DNA of 64,000 nucleotides from Myxococcota bacterium (GCA_965223705.1 OZ245015.1:3328001-3392000); one strand, 5' to 3'. Counted from the first letter of the stretch, positions 1-10,194 are shown. Notes: a model not told the origin generated them from the sequence alone. Program-made: numbers and translations.

Positions 1-15
1 ACCCAGGAGGATCCC

Positions 16-630
16 ATGTCTAGCGCCAACAACGGTCGCGTCGCGGCGGGAGAACCGCGCGCTTGGGTCGAGATGCCCGGCGAGGCCGAGCTCTACGAAG
101 CGATGAGCCAGCATCCTTACTCCAAGGGTTTTGTTCCCGCGATGGGGAGGTTGATCGCCTCCCATCCGAGCATCGGCCCCGCTTTCTCCGCGCTGTACGA
201 GGCGATCATGTTTCCCAAAGACGGAGCTCTCACGCGTGCGGAACGAGAGATGGTCGCCGCTGCGGCGACCGCGGCCCAGGATTGCTTCTACTGAACGCAA
301 TCGCACGCAGAGTTTCTGCGTATGGAAGGCGGGACGAAGGAACTTGCCGACGCGCTGCGGACGGGCTCGTGGCGAGAACTACCCGGGTTGGACGAAAGGG
401 CCCGTGCGCTCATCGCGGTCTCCGAAAAACTCTCGCGTGAGCCCACCAAGATGGTGGAAGGCGACTGGGAGCCGCTTCGTCGCCAGGGCTTCGGCGACAC
501 CGCGCTCCTCGAAGTCGCTCACATCGTCGGGATCTTCAACCACTTGACCCGCCTCGCGGACGGCATGGGCCTCGAGCTCGACGCCGCGACGTACGCCGCT
601 TCGCAATCCGACCGACCCCTGGGAAGCTGA
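16..630 (+). CDS. AhpD/carboxymuconolactone decarboxylase-like peroxidase-related protein, probable selenoprotein (CFYU, TGA at 292-294), 204 aa
   Basis: ORFs 16-294 and 322-630 are in the same frame. Read-through gives EREMVAAAATAAQDCFY-U-TQSHAEFLR...FNHLTRLADGMG, the AhpD-like ExxxxxxxxxxxCxxCxxxH pattern with TGA at the second Cys. RBS AGGAGG upstream of 16. Confidence 0.88.
305..321 (+). promoter_or_regulatory. Candidate bacterial SECIS hairpin
   Basis: ACGCAGA-GTT-TCTGCGT: 7-bp perfect stem starting at the 11th nt after the TGA, with G first in the apical loop. Confidence 0.75.
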
Positions 631-646
631 TCCGCGAGGGTTGCGG

Positions 647-1663
647 TTACCGAAACTTCGGCATGACCTCTTGGGCGAACAGCTCGAGCGAGCGCGTACT
701 CTTGGCGGGATCCATACCCGCGAAATGTGTCGAAAGGATGAAATCCGTGCACGCGAAGTTCTCGGCAAAAGACGCGAACTTCTCGGCCACCTGATCCGGC
801 GTTCCGATCATCAGCCCTTCGGCGAGATCCGAGTGTCGGATCTCTTCGGGTCGCAGCGGCGGGAGCGCCTGGTCGTCGCCTTCGACATCGTTCGCCTCAC
901 CGAGCACCCGGGCGTAGTAGCCGAACACGTGCGCCAGATGCTCCTGGGATTCCGACCAAGCCCGCTCCTCGGTTTCGGCGCAGTACAGCAGACGAAGCTG
1001 CGCGATCTTGAAAGCCTCGGGATCGTGCCCAAGCTCTCGTAAGGTCTCTAAATAGAGCGGTGCCGGATCGGGCCCGAGGGTTGTCATCAGGTTCGCTCCG
1101 AGCTCCGCAGCGCGGCGAATCGCCTTCGGACCGCGTGCCCCGATCCAAATGGGCGGATGCGGCTGCTGTACGGCCCGCGGCATCAGCGTCATGTCTTTCA
1201 CTTGCGTAAAGCGTCCGTCGAAGCTGACGCGTTCTTCCGTGAAGAGCCGACGAATGAGTTCGACGCCTTCTTTCAGCCGCGGCGCCCGCTCTTTGCGATC
1301 CACGCAAAAGGCGTCGAACTCGTCGTGGGTGTAGCCCTGGCCCATGCCGAGATCGAACCGCCCTTCCGACAGGATGTCCGCCAAAATCACATCTTCCGCC
1401 GCCCGGACCGGGTGGATGAATGGCGCGAGCAGGACAAACGTGCCGATCCGGATGCGACGGGTCTTCACCGCGATGGCGGCGGCCATGGACAGCGAGGCCG
1501 GATTGTAGGCGTCCTCTGTAAAATGGTGCTCGGTGAGCCACACGTGGTCGTAGCCGAGGTCTTCGGCCACGACCATTTGGTCGAGCATCGCTCGGTAGAA
1601 CTCCGGTGACGGGATGTGCCACCGGGCCGGGTTCCTGAAGTCGTACATGATGCCGAATCTCAT
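647..1663 (-). CDS. LLM class flavin-dependent oxidoreductase (luciferase-like monooxygenase)
   Basis: MRFGIMYDFRNP, WLTEHHF, GRFDLGMGQGY, PPIWIG, C-terminal SLELFAQEVMPKF. Confidence 0.9.
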   Translation of the reverse strand: MRFGIMYDFRNPARWHIPSPEFYRAMLDQMVVAEDLGYDHVWLTEHHFTEDAYNPASLSMAAAIAVKTRRIRIGTFVLLAPFIHPVRAAEDVILADILSEGRFDLGMGQGYTHDEFDAFCVDRKERAPRLKEGVELIRRLFTEERVSFDGRFTQVKDMTLMPRAVQQPHPPIWIGARGPKAIRRAAELGANLMTTLGPDPAPLYLETLRELGHDPEAFKIAQLRLLYCAETEERAWSESQEHLAHVFGYYARVLGEANDVEGDDQALPPLRPEEIRHSDLAEGLMIGTPDQVAEKFASFAENFACTDFILSTHFAGMDPAKSTRSLELFAQEVMPKFR

Positions 1664-1762
1664 CGTCGTTTCTCCGAAGGGTCGTGACGCGTTGGACGCT
1701 ACCCTGCCCCATCATCTCACGAAAGCGGGCGCGGCGGGCCGTCCGGCTGGGGAGGCTCCGAC

Positions 1763-2824
1763 ATGACGAACACGAGCGAACTGACCCGAGAGCTCATGGG
1801 TAAAGTCGCGGGGGACATCGCAGGCGCTGGTGCCATCCGCCTGCTGGTCATCGGTGACGAATTGGGCCTGTTCAAGGACCTCGCCGACAATGGGCCGGCG
1901 ACCAGTGAAGAACTCGCCGCCCGCTTGGATTTGAACGAACGCTATGTGCGCGAGTGGATCTACGGGATCAGTGCGGCTGGCTACCTCGCGTTCGACAAAG
2001 TCACGCGTAAAGTAGCGATCCCAGAAGAGAATATTCCGGTGTTGGCGACCGAGTGCGGCCCCCAGTTTATGGGCGGCACCGTCACCGTGGTTCACGAGCT
2101 TCTCAAACCCTACGCCGACGTGATCGAAGCGTTCAAGCGAGGCGGTGGCGTTCAGTACGAAGCGTATGCCCCAGGCATGTGGACGAACTTGGAGCGCCAT
2201 TCCTGTGTCCGATACACCCACCTCCTCACGAAGGAATGGATGCACCTGATGCCGGAAGTCTCCTCGCGGCTCGAGGCCGGCGGGAGCTGTGCGGATTTCG
2301 GCTGTGGCGCGGGGGGATCGACGATCGAGCTCGCAAAGATGTTTCCGGCCGCAACCTTCGTGGGGTTCGATCTCGTGGAGAAAAACGTCGAGCTAGCGAT
2401 GAGAAAGGCCCAGCGCGCGGGACTTTCCGATCGCGTCACGTTCCGCCGTTTTGATTTCGCGGACGGTTCTCCCGGGCGCTACGACGTAGTAGCGACCTTC
2501 GACGTCATCCACGACATGGCCCACCCCGAAGTGGGCCTTCGCGTGTTGCGAGACTCCGTCGAAGACGACGGTGTCTACGTGCTGATGGACGTCGCTTGCG
2601 AAGAGGATCCCGCGGACAACGAGGGGCCGATGGCGGTGTTCAAGTTCTGCGCGAGCCTCCACTTCTGCATGACAACGGCCATGGCCGGCGGCGGAGAGGG
2701 TCTGGGGACCTGCGGCCTGCCGGACTCGAAAGTCGCCGAAATGTGCCGAGACGCGGGTTGGAGCGCAACACGTCGCGTCCCCATCGACCATCCGTTCAAC
2801 TCGCTGTTTGTCGTATCGCCCTGA
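1763..2824 (+). CDS. Class I SAM-dependent methyltransferase with N-terminal winged helix (Rv2258c-like)
   Basis: GDELGLFKDLA...ERYVREW N-domain; DFGCGAG SAM motif; FDVIHDMAHP. Confidence 0.85.
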   Translation: MTNTSELTRELMGKVAGDIAGAGAIRLLVIGDELGLFKDLADNGPATSEELAARLDLNERYVREWIYGISAAGYLAFDKVTRKVAIPEENIPVLATECGPQFMGGTVTVVHELLKPYADVIEAFKRGGGVQYEAYAPGMWTNLERHSCVRYTHLLTKEWMHLMPEVSSRLEAGGSCADFGCGAGGSTIELAKMFPAATFVGFDLVEKNVELAMRKAQRAGLSDRVTFRRFDFADGSPGRYDVVATFDVIHDMAHPEVGLRVLRDSVEDDGVYVLMDVACEEDPADNEGPMAVFKFCASLHFCMTTAMAGGGEGLGTCGLPDSKVAEMCRDAGWSATRRVPIDHPFNSLFVVSP

Positions 2825-2889
2825 CGCGAAGTACTGTTGGGTGCGAGGACCGCGATCAGCCACGATGTGTGGGCATCAAAGGAGTGACG

Positions 2890-3402
2890 ATGGACGCCGC
2901 CGAACTTCGAGCGCGACAAGCGCCGATCAAGAAAAGCTTCAGGGACGAACCCGAGCGCGCCCGCGTCGTATCGCGCGCCGAGGGCCGCTTCGAAGGTGAC
3001 GACATCACCTGCACGGTAGACGGGTGGGCGGGGCCGGTGGTCGCGGGGATTCACTCTGCAGCCGGAGGCGACGGCTCGAAAGCGTGCTCCGCGGACATGC
3101 TGCTCGAATCCTTGGTCGCCTGCGCCGGGGTAACCTTGCGCAGTGTCGCCACAGCGATGGGAGTCGCCGTGAGGGACGCACGGATCTCTGCCGAAGGCGT
3201 GTGGGACGCACGCGGCACGCTCGGTGTCAGCAAAGAAGCGCCGGTCGGCTTGACGAACGTGACGCTGCGCTTTGAGCTCGACACGGATGCGGACGCCGCC
3301 AAGAACGAACGGCTGATCGCCCTCACCGAGCGCTACTGCGTGATCTACCAGACCTTGCGGCAGGGGCCGGATCTCGCACTCGAGGTTCCGGACGGAGCCT
3401 AG
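2890..3402 (+). CDS. OsmC/Ohr family protein
   Basis: GGDGSKACSADMLLESLVACAGVTL and TERYCVIYQTL conserved Cys motifs; RBS AAGGAG before ATG 2890. Confidence 0.85.
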   Translation: MDAAELRARQAPIKKSFRDEPERARVVSRAEGRFEGDDITCTVDGWAGPVVAGIHSAAGGDGSKACSADMLLESLVACAGVTLRSVATAMGVAVRDARISAEGVWDARGTLGVSKEAPVGLTNVTLRFELDTDADAAKNERLIALTERYCVIYQTLRQGPDLALEVPDGA

Positions 3403-3417
3403 AATACCCGCCTCACG

Positions 3418-4245
3418 ATGAGTTCAGTATCTCACCACAGCGAATCGCTAGAAGACGCCGTCCGGAGGGTGATGGGTGAAGCGGACGACTGGCGCCGCGT
3501 CATGTCGTTACCCGGTGAGAAGTCCGTTGCGGTTTATCTCGACATGAAGTCCCCGCACGCCTACATCGCCGTGCGACCCAGCTTGGAACTTGCCCGCGAC
3601 TACCGGGTCAAGGTTGATTTCCGACCGTATGCGTTGAGCTATACGGAGCTCGGCATCAGTCGCGACGTCGCGCCGGACAAGCAGCGGAGGCCCGCGTCCC
3701 CCGCTGCCGATCGAAAAGCGCGGATGTACTACGCCACAGCGCGCGAGTACACCGCCCTACAGGGCCTCCCTCTTCGCAGTCCGCATCGACTGCTCGATTC
3801 CGCGATGGCTCACCGAGTGTTTCTATTCGCGAAGCGACAAGGCCTGGAAGTGCCGTTTGTGATGAGCGTCTACCTTCGCGGTTGGGGCAGCGGTTGGAGA
3901 GACTACGAGCTCGAGTCGTTCGATAGGCTCCGCGCGTCGCTCGTCGACATCGGTGGTGATGTGGTCGGCCTCGAGGACTTCGTCGTAACCGACGGTCCGG
4001 CCGACCGGGAACTCGCTCGCTACCAAGCCGAAGCCGACTCGACAGGGCTCGTCGGCGTACCGCATTACGTCTTTCGCGACGCGGCCAAGGACCGACAAGT
4101 CGGACTCTTTGGCCGCGAGCACCTTGCGCTGATCCGGTCCAAATTTTCCGCGGAGGGCTTGGCTCGCCGCGAGAACGCGGATCCCGCTTTTTCTCATGCT
4201 TGGCTCGGACCGGCCAACGGAGATCCAATCGATGAAACGGAGTAG
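3418..4245 (+). CDS. DsbA-like / 2-hydroxychromene-2-carboxylate isomerase (GST kappa) family protein
   Basis: YLDMKSPHAY, GLVGVPHYV, LFGREHL motifs; start may be downstream (ATG 3472). Confidence 0.75.
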   Translation: MSSVSHHSESLEDAVRRVMGEADDWRRVMSLPGEKSVAVYLDMKSPHAYIAVRPSLELARDYRVKVDFRPYALSYTELGISRDVAPDKQRRPASPAADRKARMYYATAREYTALQGLPLRSPHRLLDSAMAHRVFLFAKRQGLEVPFVMSVYLRGWGSGWRDYELESFDRLRASLVDIGGDVVGLEDFVVTDGPADRELARYQAEADSTGLVGVPHYVFRDAAKDRQVGLFGREHLALIRSKFSAEGLARRENADPAFSHAWLGPANGDPIDETE

Positions 4246-5455
4246 CCACCGAATCCTGACAACTCACGCCGGTAGCCTCGTGCGCCCGCCCGAAATCACG
4301 GAAGCGATGATCCGCGCTCATCTCGGAGAACCCTTAGATGAAGCGAACTTCCAAGCCGATCTCCGCCGATGCGTCGCCGACGTCGTCCGTCGACAGACGG
4401 AGGTCGGTATCGATGTCATTGACGACGGCGAGTTCGGCAAGAGCAGCTGGATCAACTACCTCTCCGATCGCATCAACGGCCTGACGCGCATTCCGAGAGA
4501 ACGCTCGCCCGAACGAAGCTATTCGCTTTCATGGCCCGACCAGGACCGGTTCGGCGACTTCTACCGAACCTACGATCGCTACGAGACGCTCCAGTGGTTG
4601 CCGGAGACACCTTCGAAAGCACGGTATGACGGAAGCCAAGGAACGGAGTACTTGACCGTCGTCTGCAGCGGCCCCCTCGAATATCGTCCGGGACCGGTAG
4701 AACGCGACATCGAAAACCTGCGCGCGGCATTGAGTGATCGGCCCGCCGAAGAAGTCTTTATGCCGGTCGTCGCGCCAGCGAGCGTCGAAATCGTTCCGGA
4801 CCGCCACTACGGCGATCCGGAGACTTATCTCTTCGCGCTTGCTGACGCGCTGAACGCCGAATACAAGCTGATCGTCAACGCGGGCTTTCTACTCCAAGTC
4901 GACGACGCAATTCTTCCGATGCAACGCTTTATGAAGTTCCGGGATCGCAGCTTGTCGGCGTATCTTGCCTGGGCGGAACTCCGTGTGGACGCACTCAACC
5001 GGGCGCTCGAGGGCATTCCCGAAGAGCGGGTTCGCTACCACGTTTGCTTCGGTAGTCAGAACATTCCACACCTACGCGATCCGGCCCTGGAAGACATCCT
5101 CGATCTCGTCCTGAGGGTGCATGCTTCCGCCTATTCGATCGAGGCGTGCAACCCGCGACACGAGCACGAGTGGACGATCTGGGAGAAGGTCAAGCTGCCC
5201 GACGGCAAAGTGTTGATCCCGGGTATGTTGAGCCACGCGACGAACATCGTCGAGCACCCTGAGCTCGTCGCGCTCCGCATCAAGAACTTTGCCCGCCTCG
5301 TCGGTCGGGAGAACGTCATCGCCGGCTCGGATTGTGGGTTCTCACAGAGCTGGAATTCTCCGCGGGTCCACCCGGAAGTCCAATGGGCGAAGCTCGAAGC
5401 GCTGGTAGCGGGTGCGCGACTGGCGTCCGAGGAATTGTGGGGCGCGCGGACCTAG
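4232..5455 (+). CDS. Cobalamin-independent methionine synthase II family (MetE C-terminal-like) zinc enzyme
   Basis: ILTTHAGSLVRP, DDGEFGK, LQVDD, Zn ligands YHVCFG and SDCGF. Confidence 0.88.
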   Translation: MKRSSHRILTTHAGSLVRPPEITEAMIRAHLGEPLDEANFQADLRRCVADVVRRQTEVGIDVIDDGEFGKSSWINYLSDRINGLTRIPRERSPERSYSLSWPDQDRFGDFYRTYDRYETLQWLPETPSKARYDGSQGTEYLTVVCSGPLEYRPGPVERDIENLRAALSDRPAEEVFMPVVAPASVEIVPDRHYGDPETYLFALADALNAEYKLIVNAGFLLQVDDAILPMQRFMKFRDRSLSAYLAWAELRVDALNRALEGIPEERVRYHVCFGSQNIPHLRDPALEDILDLVLRVHASAYSIEACNPRHEHEWTIWEKVKLPDGKVLIPGMLSHATNIVEHPELVALRIKNFARLVGRENVIAGSDCGFSQSWNSPRVHPEVQWAKLEALVAGARLASEELWGART

Positions 5456-5465
5456 GGATGAATTC

Positions 5466-6725
5466 ATGCTGACGATTCGCTCACTCTTACTGTCTTCAGC
5501 TGTCACCTTTCTCACGGCGTGCACGCCGATCAAGAAGTGCGCCTACGAAGGTTTTGGGCGCGACGACTGGCAACAACCCGAGCGTGTGATCGAGACCCTT
5601 GAACTCGAGCCTGGGGATCGAGTGGCAGATCTCGGAGCGGGAAGCGGTTACTTCACCTTTCGTTTGGCCGAGGCCGTCGGACCGTCGGGTCGGGTCTATG
5701 CAGTCGACGTCGACGAACCGATGCTGGCCTCCCTCGAAGAGCGCCTCGGCGATGCCAATGCCTCGAATGTCGAGACCGTGCTCGCGAGTGCGGACGACCC
5801 GAATATTCCGGAGCCGCCGGTCGATCTCATCATCACGGTCAATACCTATCACCACATCGACGACCGGGTGACTTATTTCCGTTCGCTTGCAGGAAGCCTG
5901 GCACCAGCCGGCCGTCTCGTGGTGATCGACTTCAAGCGCGCCGCTGGACTTTGGCAGCGCCTTCTCCTTCGCGGGCATTTGACGGAGCCGTCCGTGATCG
6001 AGGCCGAACTTGTGGAAGCGGGCTATCGCCGTGTCGCGGCGCACGAGTTCCTATCGCGTCAGAGTTTCCTGGTCTTCGAGCCGGCGAACGTCGAGCAAGA
6101 GAGTGTGCGCCCGGGGATCAATGCACCTTTCCTCGCGGAAAACCTCGATGTTGAAGAATGGGTCGATCGTTTCGAAGTCGAATCCCGCGAGATTTTCACT
6201 CAACGCCGGGAGATCGCGAACGCTCTCGGGATCCGTCCCGGATTCGCCGTCGCCGATATCGGTTCGGGCACGGGTCTTTTCCTATCGCTCTTACACGAGC
6301 GAGTTGGCGCGAGCGGCCGCGTCTACGCCACCGACATCTCCCCGACTTTCGTCGCGCACTTGGAGAAGCGCGTTCAGAACGAGAATCTCGAGCGGGTCGA
6401 AGTGGTGCTCGGCGGCGAGCGTTCCGTTGAGCTTTCGCCGGCGTCCGTCGACTTGGCCTTTGTGTGCGACGTCTACCACCATTTCGAGTATCCGGCGGCA
6501 AGCCTCTCGAGCCTGATGGAAGCCATTCGACCGGGCGGCCAACTCGTGGTCATCGACTTCGAACGCATTCCCGGAGAATCCCCGGAGTGGATCCTCAACC
6601 ACGTGCGTGCCGGTAAAACGACGTTTCGCGCCGAGATCGAGCAAGCTGGATTCTCTTTCCTGGAAGAAGTGGCCGTGCCTGGCCTGAAGGAAAACTACTT
6701 CCTTCGGTTTGAGCGTCCCCAATAG
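5466..6725 (+). CDS. Putative lipoprotein with two tandem class I SAM methyltransferase domains
   Basis: Signal MLTIRSLLLSSAVTFLTAC (lipobox LTAC); two VADLGAGSG / VADIGSGTG motifs, each followed by YHH. Confidence 0.8.
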   Translation: MLTIRSLLLSSAVTFLTACTPIKKCAYEGFGRDDWQQPERVIETLELEPGDRVADLGAGSGYFTFRLAEAVGPSGRVYAVDVDEPMLASLEERLGDANASNVETVLASADDPNIPEPPVDLIITVNTYHHIDDRVTYFRSLAGSLAPAGRLVVIDFKRAAGLWQRLLLRGHLTEPSVIEAELVEAGYRRVAAHEFLSRQSFLVFEPANVEQESVRPGINAPFLAENLDVEEWVDRFEVESREIFTQRREIANALGIRPGFAVADIGSGTGLFLSLLHERVGASGRVYATDISPTFVAHLEKRVQNENLERVEVVLGGERSVELSPASVDLAFVCDVYHHFEYPAASLSSLMEAIRPGGQLVVIDFERIPGESPEWILNHVRAGKTTFRAEIEQAGFSFLEEVAVPGLKENYFLRFERPQ

Positions 6726-6769
6726 CCGCGCGCACGGCGAGCGCTGCTGCCACCTGGGAGCGTCGTCGC

Positions 6770-8023
6770 TTGGGTCCGCTGAGTGTCGCGGCTCTCGTTG
6801 CGGGCAACATGGTCGGTGCGGGCGTTTTTACGACCTCCGGTTTTTCCCTCGCCGAACTCGGAGATCCGCGCTGGGTCCTCGCCGCCTGGCTTTGCGGTGG
6901 CGTGGTCGCGCTCTGCGGCGCTCTCGCTTACGGAGGACTCGCGACGCGAATCCCGCGTTCGGGCGGCGAATACACGTTCCTGTCGGAAGCGCTGCACCCG
7001 GGGATCGGGTTCATGGCGGGGTGGGTGTCCTTCTTGGCGGGCTTTACCGCACCGATCGCGCTGGCCGCGCTCGTTCTCGAGACGTACCTGGGTTCCGCGT
7101 TCGACGGACCACCCGCGGTCGGCGGGGCGTTGATTCTTCTCTTCGGCCTCCTTCACGGGCTCCGTTTCCGCGCCGGCGTTCGCGTACAAAACGCGGCTGT
7201 CTTCTTGAAGATCGCAGGTGCTTTGGGCTTCGTCGCGTGGGCGGTTCTGCGCTCGAGCGCGGTGTCAGCGACGCCCGCGCCCGCGGCCGAGTCCGGAGCC
7301 AGCGTCGCCGGCTTCGCGGTCACCCTTGTCTGGATCTCGTTCGCTTACTCGGGGTGGAACGGCGCGGTGTATCTCGCCGCCGAAATCCGCGATCCCGAAA
7401 GAAACGTCCGACGCGCCATGTGGATGACCACCGTCGTCGTGGCGTTCCTGTATCTCCTACTCAACGCAGTCTTCGTGACACTCGCACCGATCGACGCCGT
7501 TTCGGGCCGACCGGACGTCGCGTCCGCCGCGGCGGCGGCACTGGGTGGTCCGACAGCCGCACGAGGCGTCGCCGTTCTCGTCGCGCTCGCTTTGGCGACG
7601 TCCATTTCCGCGATGCTCATGTCCGGTCCGCGCGTGTATGCCCAAATGGCTCGTGATGGTCTCATGCCGCAGTGGCTCGCGGGCGGCGCCGACACTCCGG
7701 CAGTGGCCGTTGCGCTGCAAACCGGGGTTGCGCTGCTGGTCTACGTGTGGAGCGATCTCGTCTCGCTCCTCGGCTATCTGGGGTTTACGCTCGGGCTCTC
7801 GGCCGCCCTGACCGTTTTCTCTGCCGCGCGTCTCCGCAGACTCGAGGGTCCCGCGCGCGTGCCGATCGCGGGCTACCCGTGGACGCCAGCGATCTTCATC
7901 CTGTTCACGTTGGGGGCGGCCGGCTTCCTCGTCGCGCGCGAGCCCTACCAGGCGCTCTACGGCGGACTCACAGCGCTCATCGGTTGGCCTCTCTATCTTT
8001 TCATGAGAGCTCGCAACCACTGA
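6770..8023 (+). CDS. APC family amino acid permease
   Basis: GNMVGAGVFTTSG, PRSGGEY, FAYSGWN, AEIRDPERN; many TM helices; exact start uncertain. Confidence 0.9.
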   Translation: MGPLSVAALVAGNMVGAGVFTTSGFSLAELGDPRWVLAAWLCGGVVALCGALAYGGLATRIPRSGGEYTFLSEALHPGIGFMAGWVSFLAGFTAPIALAALVLETYLGSAFDGPPAVGGALILLFGLLHGLRFRAGVRVQNAAVFLKIAGALGFVAWAVLRSSAVSATPAPAAESGASVAGFAVTLVWISFAYSGWNGAVYLAAEIRDPERNVRRAMWMTTVVVAFLYLLLNAVFVTLAPIDAVSGRPDVASAAAAALGGPTAARGVAVLVALALATSISAMLMSGPRVYAQMARDGLMPQWLAGGADTPAVAVALQTGVALLVYVWSDLVSLLGYLGFTLGLSAALTVFSAARLRRLEGPARVPIAGYPWTPAIFILFTLGAAGFLVAREPYQALYGGLTALIGWPLYLFMRARNH

Positions 8024-8057
8024 AGTTCGCGCCCGGAAACACCCGGCGGGAGTCCGT

Positions 8058-8678
8058 TTGCTCGTCTATCTCATACTCTTTGCAATCTGCTTTGGAATCT
8101 CGCTCCTTCACGCGGCGGGCGTTTCCGGAGGTTGGGCTTGGGACGCGCTCAACGGACTCGGACTTCTCGCACTGGCGCTCGTCACCGCCCTCTTCGTCGA
8201 TACCGGCCGAGGTGGTCGCCTGACGATCCACCGGAAGATCGGCTGGGCAGCGGTATTCCTCGTCGTTGCCCACGCCTTCGGCCTCTCGTTGCTTCACCCC
8301 GTCTCTCTTGAGTACTTCTCATTCTCCGGACCGCTCTACATTGGCATGGGCCTACTCTCGGCGCTCCTCCTCTTCGTACTTGCGCAAAGTGCCGAGCCCG
8401 AGCATCGCGGCTGGTTTCGAGGCTTCGAGAACTTCCGATCGATCCACGGGTTGCTGGCCATCGCGGCGCTCGCTTCGGGTCTCTACCACGTGCTCGCCTC
8501 GGGCCTCTACTTCGATCCCACGGAAGCGTTCCTCTTGACGTGTCTCGGCCTCGTCGTTGTCGCCCTGCCCCGTTTGCGTGTGCACCTACGCAGTCTCCGG
8601 TCTGCGACCGGCCAGCGGCTCGTTTGGCTCTCGGCGATGGCCGTGATGGGCTTCGTGTTGTTGAAGGTCGTCGCGTGA
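8058..8678 (+). CDS. Ferric reductase-like transmembrane (heme b) protein
   Basis: About 6 TM helices with two His pairs spaced 13 residues apart (IHRKIG...VAHA; IHGLLA...LYHV). Confidence 0.7.
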   Translation: MLVYLILFAICFGISLLHAAGVSGGWAWDALNGLGLLALALVTALFVDTGRGGRLTIHRKIGWAAVFLVVAHAFGLSLLHPVSLEYFSFSGPLYIGMGLLSALLLFVLAQSAEPEHRGWFRGFENFRSIHGLLAIAALASGLYHVLASGLYFDPTEAFLLTCLGLVVVALPRLRVHLRSLRSATGQRLVWLSAMAVMGFVLLKVVA

Positions 8679-9004
8679 GGAGAGCTGCCCGGGCCTTGCC
8701 GCTCCTACTGCCGATCGCGTGCGGTGCGCCGCCGGTCGCGGATGCGCCGCTCTTGCCTCTGACGTTTGCGCACCAGGACCACACCGAAGTCAGTTGCATC
8801 GCCTGTCACCACGATTTCGCCGATGATACGGGACCGGGCCTGTGTATCGATTGCCACAAAAGAGACGCCCGCGTCGCCCTGCAAATCGAAGAGCAGTTCC
8901 ACGGGCTTTGCCGAGGCTGCCATGCGAGCCGGCTAGCCGAGGGAGAACCCGCCGGGCCCACGCGTGGGTGCAACGACTGCCACATGCCCGATGTTCTGCC
9001 TTAG
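8675..9004 (+). CDS. Class III (c3-type) tetraheme cytochrome c, possible lipoprotein
   Basis: GTGA overlap with the upstream gene; four CxxCH (CIACH, CIDCH, CRGCH, CNDCH) plus FAHQDH and QFH distal His; N-terminal LLLPIAC. Confidence 0.85.
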   Translation: MRRAARALPLLLPIACGAPPVADAPLLPLTFAHQDHTEVSCIACHHDFADDTGPGLCIDCHKRDARVALQIEEQFHGLCRGCHASRLAEGEPAGPTRGCNDCHMPDVLP

Positions 9005-10194
9005 CGGTGGTTCCATCGCAGGTGGAGTGTCTTCATCGTGCGAAGTTGCCCGCTTTCGAACTCCGGCTCGGTCCCTGACTCGAGATCGAACTCGGGGATA
9101 CGCGCGAGAAACTCTTCGATCGAAACCCTGATCTCGAGGCGCGCCAGGTGCTCCCCGATACAACGGTGCGGACCGATCCCGAATGCCGTGTGCGCGACCT
9201 CCGTCCGGTGGACGTCGAACTTGCGCGGGTCCTCGAAGACCTCGGGATCGCGCGAAGCCGCGGCGAAGTTCAAGGCAACGCGATCTCCTTCCCGCACCGA
9301 AACGCCTCCAACTTCTGCGTCTGCGCGTGCTGTGCGCGCCACGACCACCACGGGGGCGTGGAGACGCACGGTTTCGTCAACCGCTGTGGAAAGACACGCG
9401 GCATCGGCCAGCACGTCGCGGCGAGCCGCGGGATTTCTCGCCAGTTCGTAGAGCGCGCCGCCGATCGCGTGGGTCGTGGTCGCGAGACCACCGAACACCA
9501 CGTCGAGGGCGGTGTGGACCTTGTCTTCCCAGGGACACGTCTCTCCGTCTCGGTCCACGCCCGAGAGCAGAACGTCGACCAAGTCGTTCCGGGCCGGCTC
9601 TTTGCGGCGCGCTTCGAGAAATTTCTGGAGGTAGATGTAAACCCGCTCGAACGCCGGAGTCCGCTCTTCGGGATCTCCGAAGGAATAGGTGTCGACGTCT
9701 TTGAAAAGGCCCGGCAAGTCGTCGACGGGTACCGGAAGAAGGTGCTGGAAGAGCACCAGTCCCGGGAGCTGCGCCGCGAACTCAGAGATGAACTCGCAGT
9801 GCCCACGGTCGGCGAAGGTGTCCATCAGCTCTCCGGCGTAGCGGCGAACGTGACTCTCGATGTCTCCCACCGCGGCCGCGGTGAAGAACGGATTGAGCAC
9901 GCGTCGCCAATTCGTGTGGTACGGGGGATCCGTATCCTCGGGGATGATCTGGAGGTTGCCTTCGGGCGGGTTCAGCATCCAGCCGTCGGTGCTGCTGAAC
10001 GTCCGCCAGTCTCGCCCGCATTGGCGCACGTCCCGATAGCGATTGAAAACCCGATAGCCCGGATCGTTACCCCCGTGCGCCACCGGACATTTCGCTACCA
10101 GGTGCTCCATGACGTCTTCGAAGCGCTCTGCGAACGCCGGGTCCTCGCAATCGAAATTCTCTTTGAAACGGCTGAAGTCGTCACCCTTGGCCAT
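9001..10194 (-). CDS. Cytochrome P450
   Basis: DPPYH, GGLATT I-helix, ETVR (ExxR), FGIGPHRCIG heme ligand; RBS GGAGG before ATG 10194. Confidence 0.93.
   Translation of the reverse strand: MAKGDDFSRFKENFDCEDPAFAERFEDVMEHLVAKCPVAHGGNDPGYRVFNRYRDVRQCGRDWRTFSSTDGWMLNPPEGNLQIIPEDTDPPYHTNWRRVLNPFFTAAAVGDIESHVRRYAGELMDTFADRGHCEFISEFAAQLPGLVLFQHLLPVPVDDLPGLFKDVDTYSFGDPEERTPAFERVYIYLQKFLEARRKEPARNDLVDVLLSGVDRDGETCPWEDKVHTALDVVFGGLATTTHAIGGALYELARNPAARRDVLADAACLSTAVDETVRLHAPVVVVARTARADAEVGGVSVREGDRVALNFAAASRDPEVFEDPRKFDVHRTEVAHTAFGIGPHRCIGEHLARLEIRVSIEEFLARIPEFDLESGTEPEFESGQLRTMKTLHLRWNHR

Noticed and set aside
292..294. Interpreting the split AhpD genes (also 57135-57137) as nonsense pseudogenes
   Set aside because: Both stops are TGA at the catalytic Cys position with downstream hairpins and intact frames; recoding is more parsimonious.
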